From: Mobula hypostoma
Lineage: Eukaryota
Assembly (NCBI RefSeq): GCF_963921235.1
Contig: NC_086097.1
Location: 239,384,001-239,448,000, forward strand
DNA length: 64,000 nucleotides
Reading direction: 5' to 3'
Numbering within the stretch: position 1 is the first letter of the stretch; the number at the start of each line of letters is the position of its first letter. Made by a program: the position numbers and the translations under genes. Of the stretch, positions 61,116 to 64,000 are shown one piece after another. A model generated the notes under the pieces. It was not told where the DNA came from and ran no database searches. It saw only the letters and a list, made by a program, of their open reading frames with translations.

Positions 61116-62909
61116 GCAGGCACACTGGGCTGATAGGACCTGGAGCCGTGCTGTATTCCAGAACCAGAATCATGGTTATTATCACTGACATATTGTATGT
61201 TATGAAATATAAAAGATACATAAAATAACAAATAAGTAATTCAAAAAGAGAGAAAATAGTGAGGTAGTGTTCATGGACCATTTGGAAATCTGATGGCACA
61301 GGGGAAGAAGCTGTTCCTAAAATATTATTTATCTCTAAATAAATAAAACAAACAAATAAAAATGATTCTATTATGAGCTCCATCACAAAAAGAGATTACA
61401 GGCAGATGGAGAAAACACTTCAAGGATGTTCTTCAAACATCCTTGAGTAAATGTAAAGTCATCGCTGACTTATGGATTCACTGGCCATGACTAACAATAT
61501 TGAAGAAAGAGCACCCATGGGAACGGTGAGTAATTGAAGCCTTTATGTTCGGACCATACAAATGAAGCTGGCATAGTGAAAGCAGAGCCATCCTTCACAT
61601 CTGAAACATTATCTCTATTTCTCTTTTCACAGATGTTGTATTTTTATATTTTATTTCAGAATTCCAGCATCTGCATTTTTATTTTGCTTTCCACCTTGTG
61701 GAAGTACATGGAACTGCAGCCCCAGGGTTATCTCACGGAATACAAAAGCTCCCAGGTGCTCAAGCACTCTTTCCAGAATAAACAATGAGTTACTGTATTT
61801 CTTTCAGTTTGCTGTACATAGATCACAGAACAGTACAGCAGAGTATGGGCACTTCAGCCCACAATATTGTGCCAAACTTTTAACATATTCTAAGTTCAAT
61901 CTAACTCTTCCCTCCCACGTAACCTTCCATTTTTCTTTCATCCACATGTCTTTCATCAAATAAATGATGAACAATTCAGACTATAATTATCTGACATGAC
62001 TGTCTTAGCTTTGTCAAGACTCCACTTTCCATTGGTATTCAAGTACTTAATTATGATGATTATTAAGAGCTGTGAAGGTTCTGTGCCCTATTGCTGTGAA
62101 ACAGTGTTGCTTGCAAGTCTTTCACAGTTCACTTTATAACATAACTTGACATGCTCTATGAATCCTGAACTGTATCAGACTGATTGCGAGAATGGAACAA
62201 CTGCAGCATACGACCGACTGATCGTGCGATGAATCGATTCGGTGTCCTACATGCAGAGGGCTCTCTCTTATAGAGCCAGCTTTTGAGTGTGTATGTTTTT
62301 ATCTCGGTGGACCTGGTTTGTAGCTCCTGTAATGTAAGTTGTCAAGAATGTCATGTTACGGCTCTATAAGGCACTGGTGAGGCTTCACTTGAAGTACTGT
62401 GAGCAGTTTTGGGCTCCTTATGTGCTGACATCAAAGAGGGTTCAAAGGAGGTTCATGAAAATGATTCCATGCTAGTGCCGGAGTCTGATGGCTGAGAGAT
62501 AATAACTGCTTCTGAAGCTGGCAACATGGGACCTAAGGCTCCTGTATCTCTTTCCTTGATGGCAGCAGTGAGAGGAGATGGTGGGGTATTGATGATGGAT
62601 TCTGCTTTCCTGCAACAGCAGTCCTTGCAGATGCATCATGGTGCATCAGTCAAAATTGGTAAGGTTCAATGGAGACAAATGCTGAATTTCTTTAGCCCCT
62701 TGTGAAACTAGAGGCGTTACTGAGCTTTTTTGGTCTTTTGCATCTACATGGCTGGGCCATTGCCAGCACAACCTGTCAACCCATCAGCCACCATCATCAA
62801 ACCACCTAACCGTGCCACCACTGTTACAATCTATCTCTCCACAGTTTAAAATCCCTCACCTCACATCTCACTCAACCCTATGCCATCACCTTAACCAGTA
62901 CTTGCATAC

Positions 62910-63240
62910 TCCAACACTAAATGATTCCAGAACCTATCGACTCACTTTCAAGGACCCCACTACTGATGTTTTTGATATGAACATATGTATGTATGTATGT
63001 ATTTATTTACTTTTCTGTCAATCTATTTATTATTTTTATTTTTATATTCTGTATTTTCACAATTAGTTGTCTTTTGCATATTAATTGCCTATTATTGTTT
63101 ATGTAGTTTTTCTTTGATTCTCTTATGTTTCTTTGTTTTTACTGTGAATGTCCACAAGAAAATGAATCTCAGGTTTGCATATGGTGGTGTATATATATAT
63201 ATATATATATATACTTTGTTAATAAATTTACCTTGAGCTT
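62910..63240 (+). mobile_element. Rex1-type 3' UTR fragment
   Basis: aagaaaatgaatctcagg..tactttgttaataaatttaccttgag tail shared with other copies. Confidence 0.55.
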
Positions 63241-63399
63241 TTAGTATAAAGCCTGTTTTCTGGATGCATAATGGCTTGATATGCTCTGCCTGTGACTGCA
63301 AGAAGCTGCAGAGTATTGTGTACACAGCTCAACACATTACAGATGGTCAGGTGTTTGGTTTCTGGGGTAGTGAGGTGGAACAGAGGTGGTGAATGTGGT

Positions 63400-63975
63400 T
63401 TATCATCAACAAAACAAAACAAGGAAGGTGGCACAGAACTTTTAGATCATATTCATGATCGCCTTGTCAAGAAATGGGACCAGGAGAAGATTCCTGAACC
63501 CAGCTGAACTGAGGGATGCCCCGATTGTCCGACTCTTCAAAAAGGGTGACAAAACTGACTGCAGAACTTATAGAGGCATCTCCCTCCTCTCTGCAACAGG
63601 AAAGGCACTCACCCAAATTTTATATGACTGGCTTTTACCTCTGGCAGAAGATCTCCTGTCTGAGTCTCATTGTGGCTTCTGTCCAGCCAGAGGAACATCT
63701 GACATGATTTTCATAACATATCAATTGCACGAGAAAGCCCAGCAACAAAATCTCTCACTTTATGTAGCCTTCCTAGACCTTACAAAAGCATTGACTCTGT
63801 AAATCGCCCTGCCCTTTGGCAGGTACTGTCAAAAATCAGGTGCCCAGACCTCAAGGTCCCATAGCTCTTACGGATTGATATGAGTGCAACAGTCATCAAC
63901 AACAGCGGCTCTGAAACAGCACATTTCAAGGTTGAAACCAGGGTCAAACAGCACATTTCAAGGTTGAAACCAGAT
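63400..63975 (+). mobile_element. RTE-clade LINE RT fragment
   Basis: ORF 63455-63802 (FKKGDKTDCRTYRGISLLS..ESHCGF..DMIF..AFLDLTKA). Confidence 0.88.
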
Positions 63976-64000
63976 TCTTGAAGATCGGGATAACAAGATC

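Noticed and set aside
63914..63973. 28-bp direct repeat
   Set aside because: Local microhomology duplication inside a dead RTE; two copies only, not CRISPR-like

Overview
Repeat-saturated vertebrate DNA. It is most likely from a cartilaginous fish (shark or ray), inferred from dominant CR1 LINEs plus Rex1/Babar LINEs, HE1-like V-SINEs and Penelope elements. Nearly all ORFs in the track are decayed retroelement fragments or their antisense shadows. Mobile content includes CR1, Rex1, RTE, L1 and R4/Dong LINEs, Tc1 and Tigger-like DNA transposons, a truncated Gypsy (LTR-PBS-gag), several solo LTRs with target-site duplications (TSDs) and tRNA-derived SINEs, often nested. The most striking non-coding signal is a set of minimal type I hammerhead ribozyme motifs (stem I-CUGANGA-stem II-GAAACGUC-stem I). 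They are carried by three distinct Penelope-like (PLE) families, two linked to GIY-YIG remnants, and by many short, mostly fold-back, non-coding derivatives. The motif at 5747-5784 (-) is intact. Four small + strand exon candidates (11547-11638, 34040-34083, 49626-49660, 52770-52850) join in phase into the C-terminus of an unidentified protein, so much of the window may be intronic. All calls are by eye; boundaries of old repeats are approximate.
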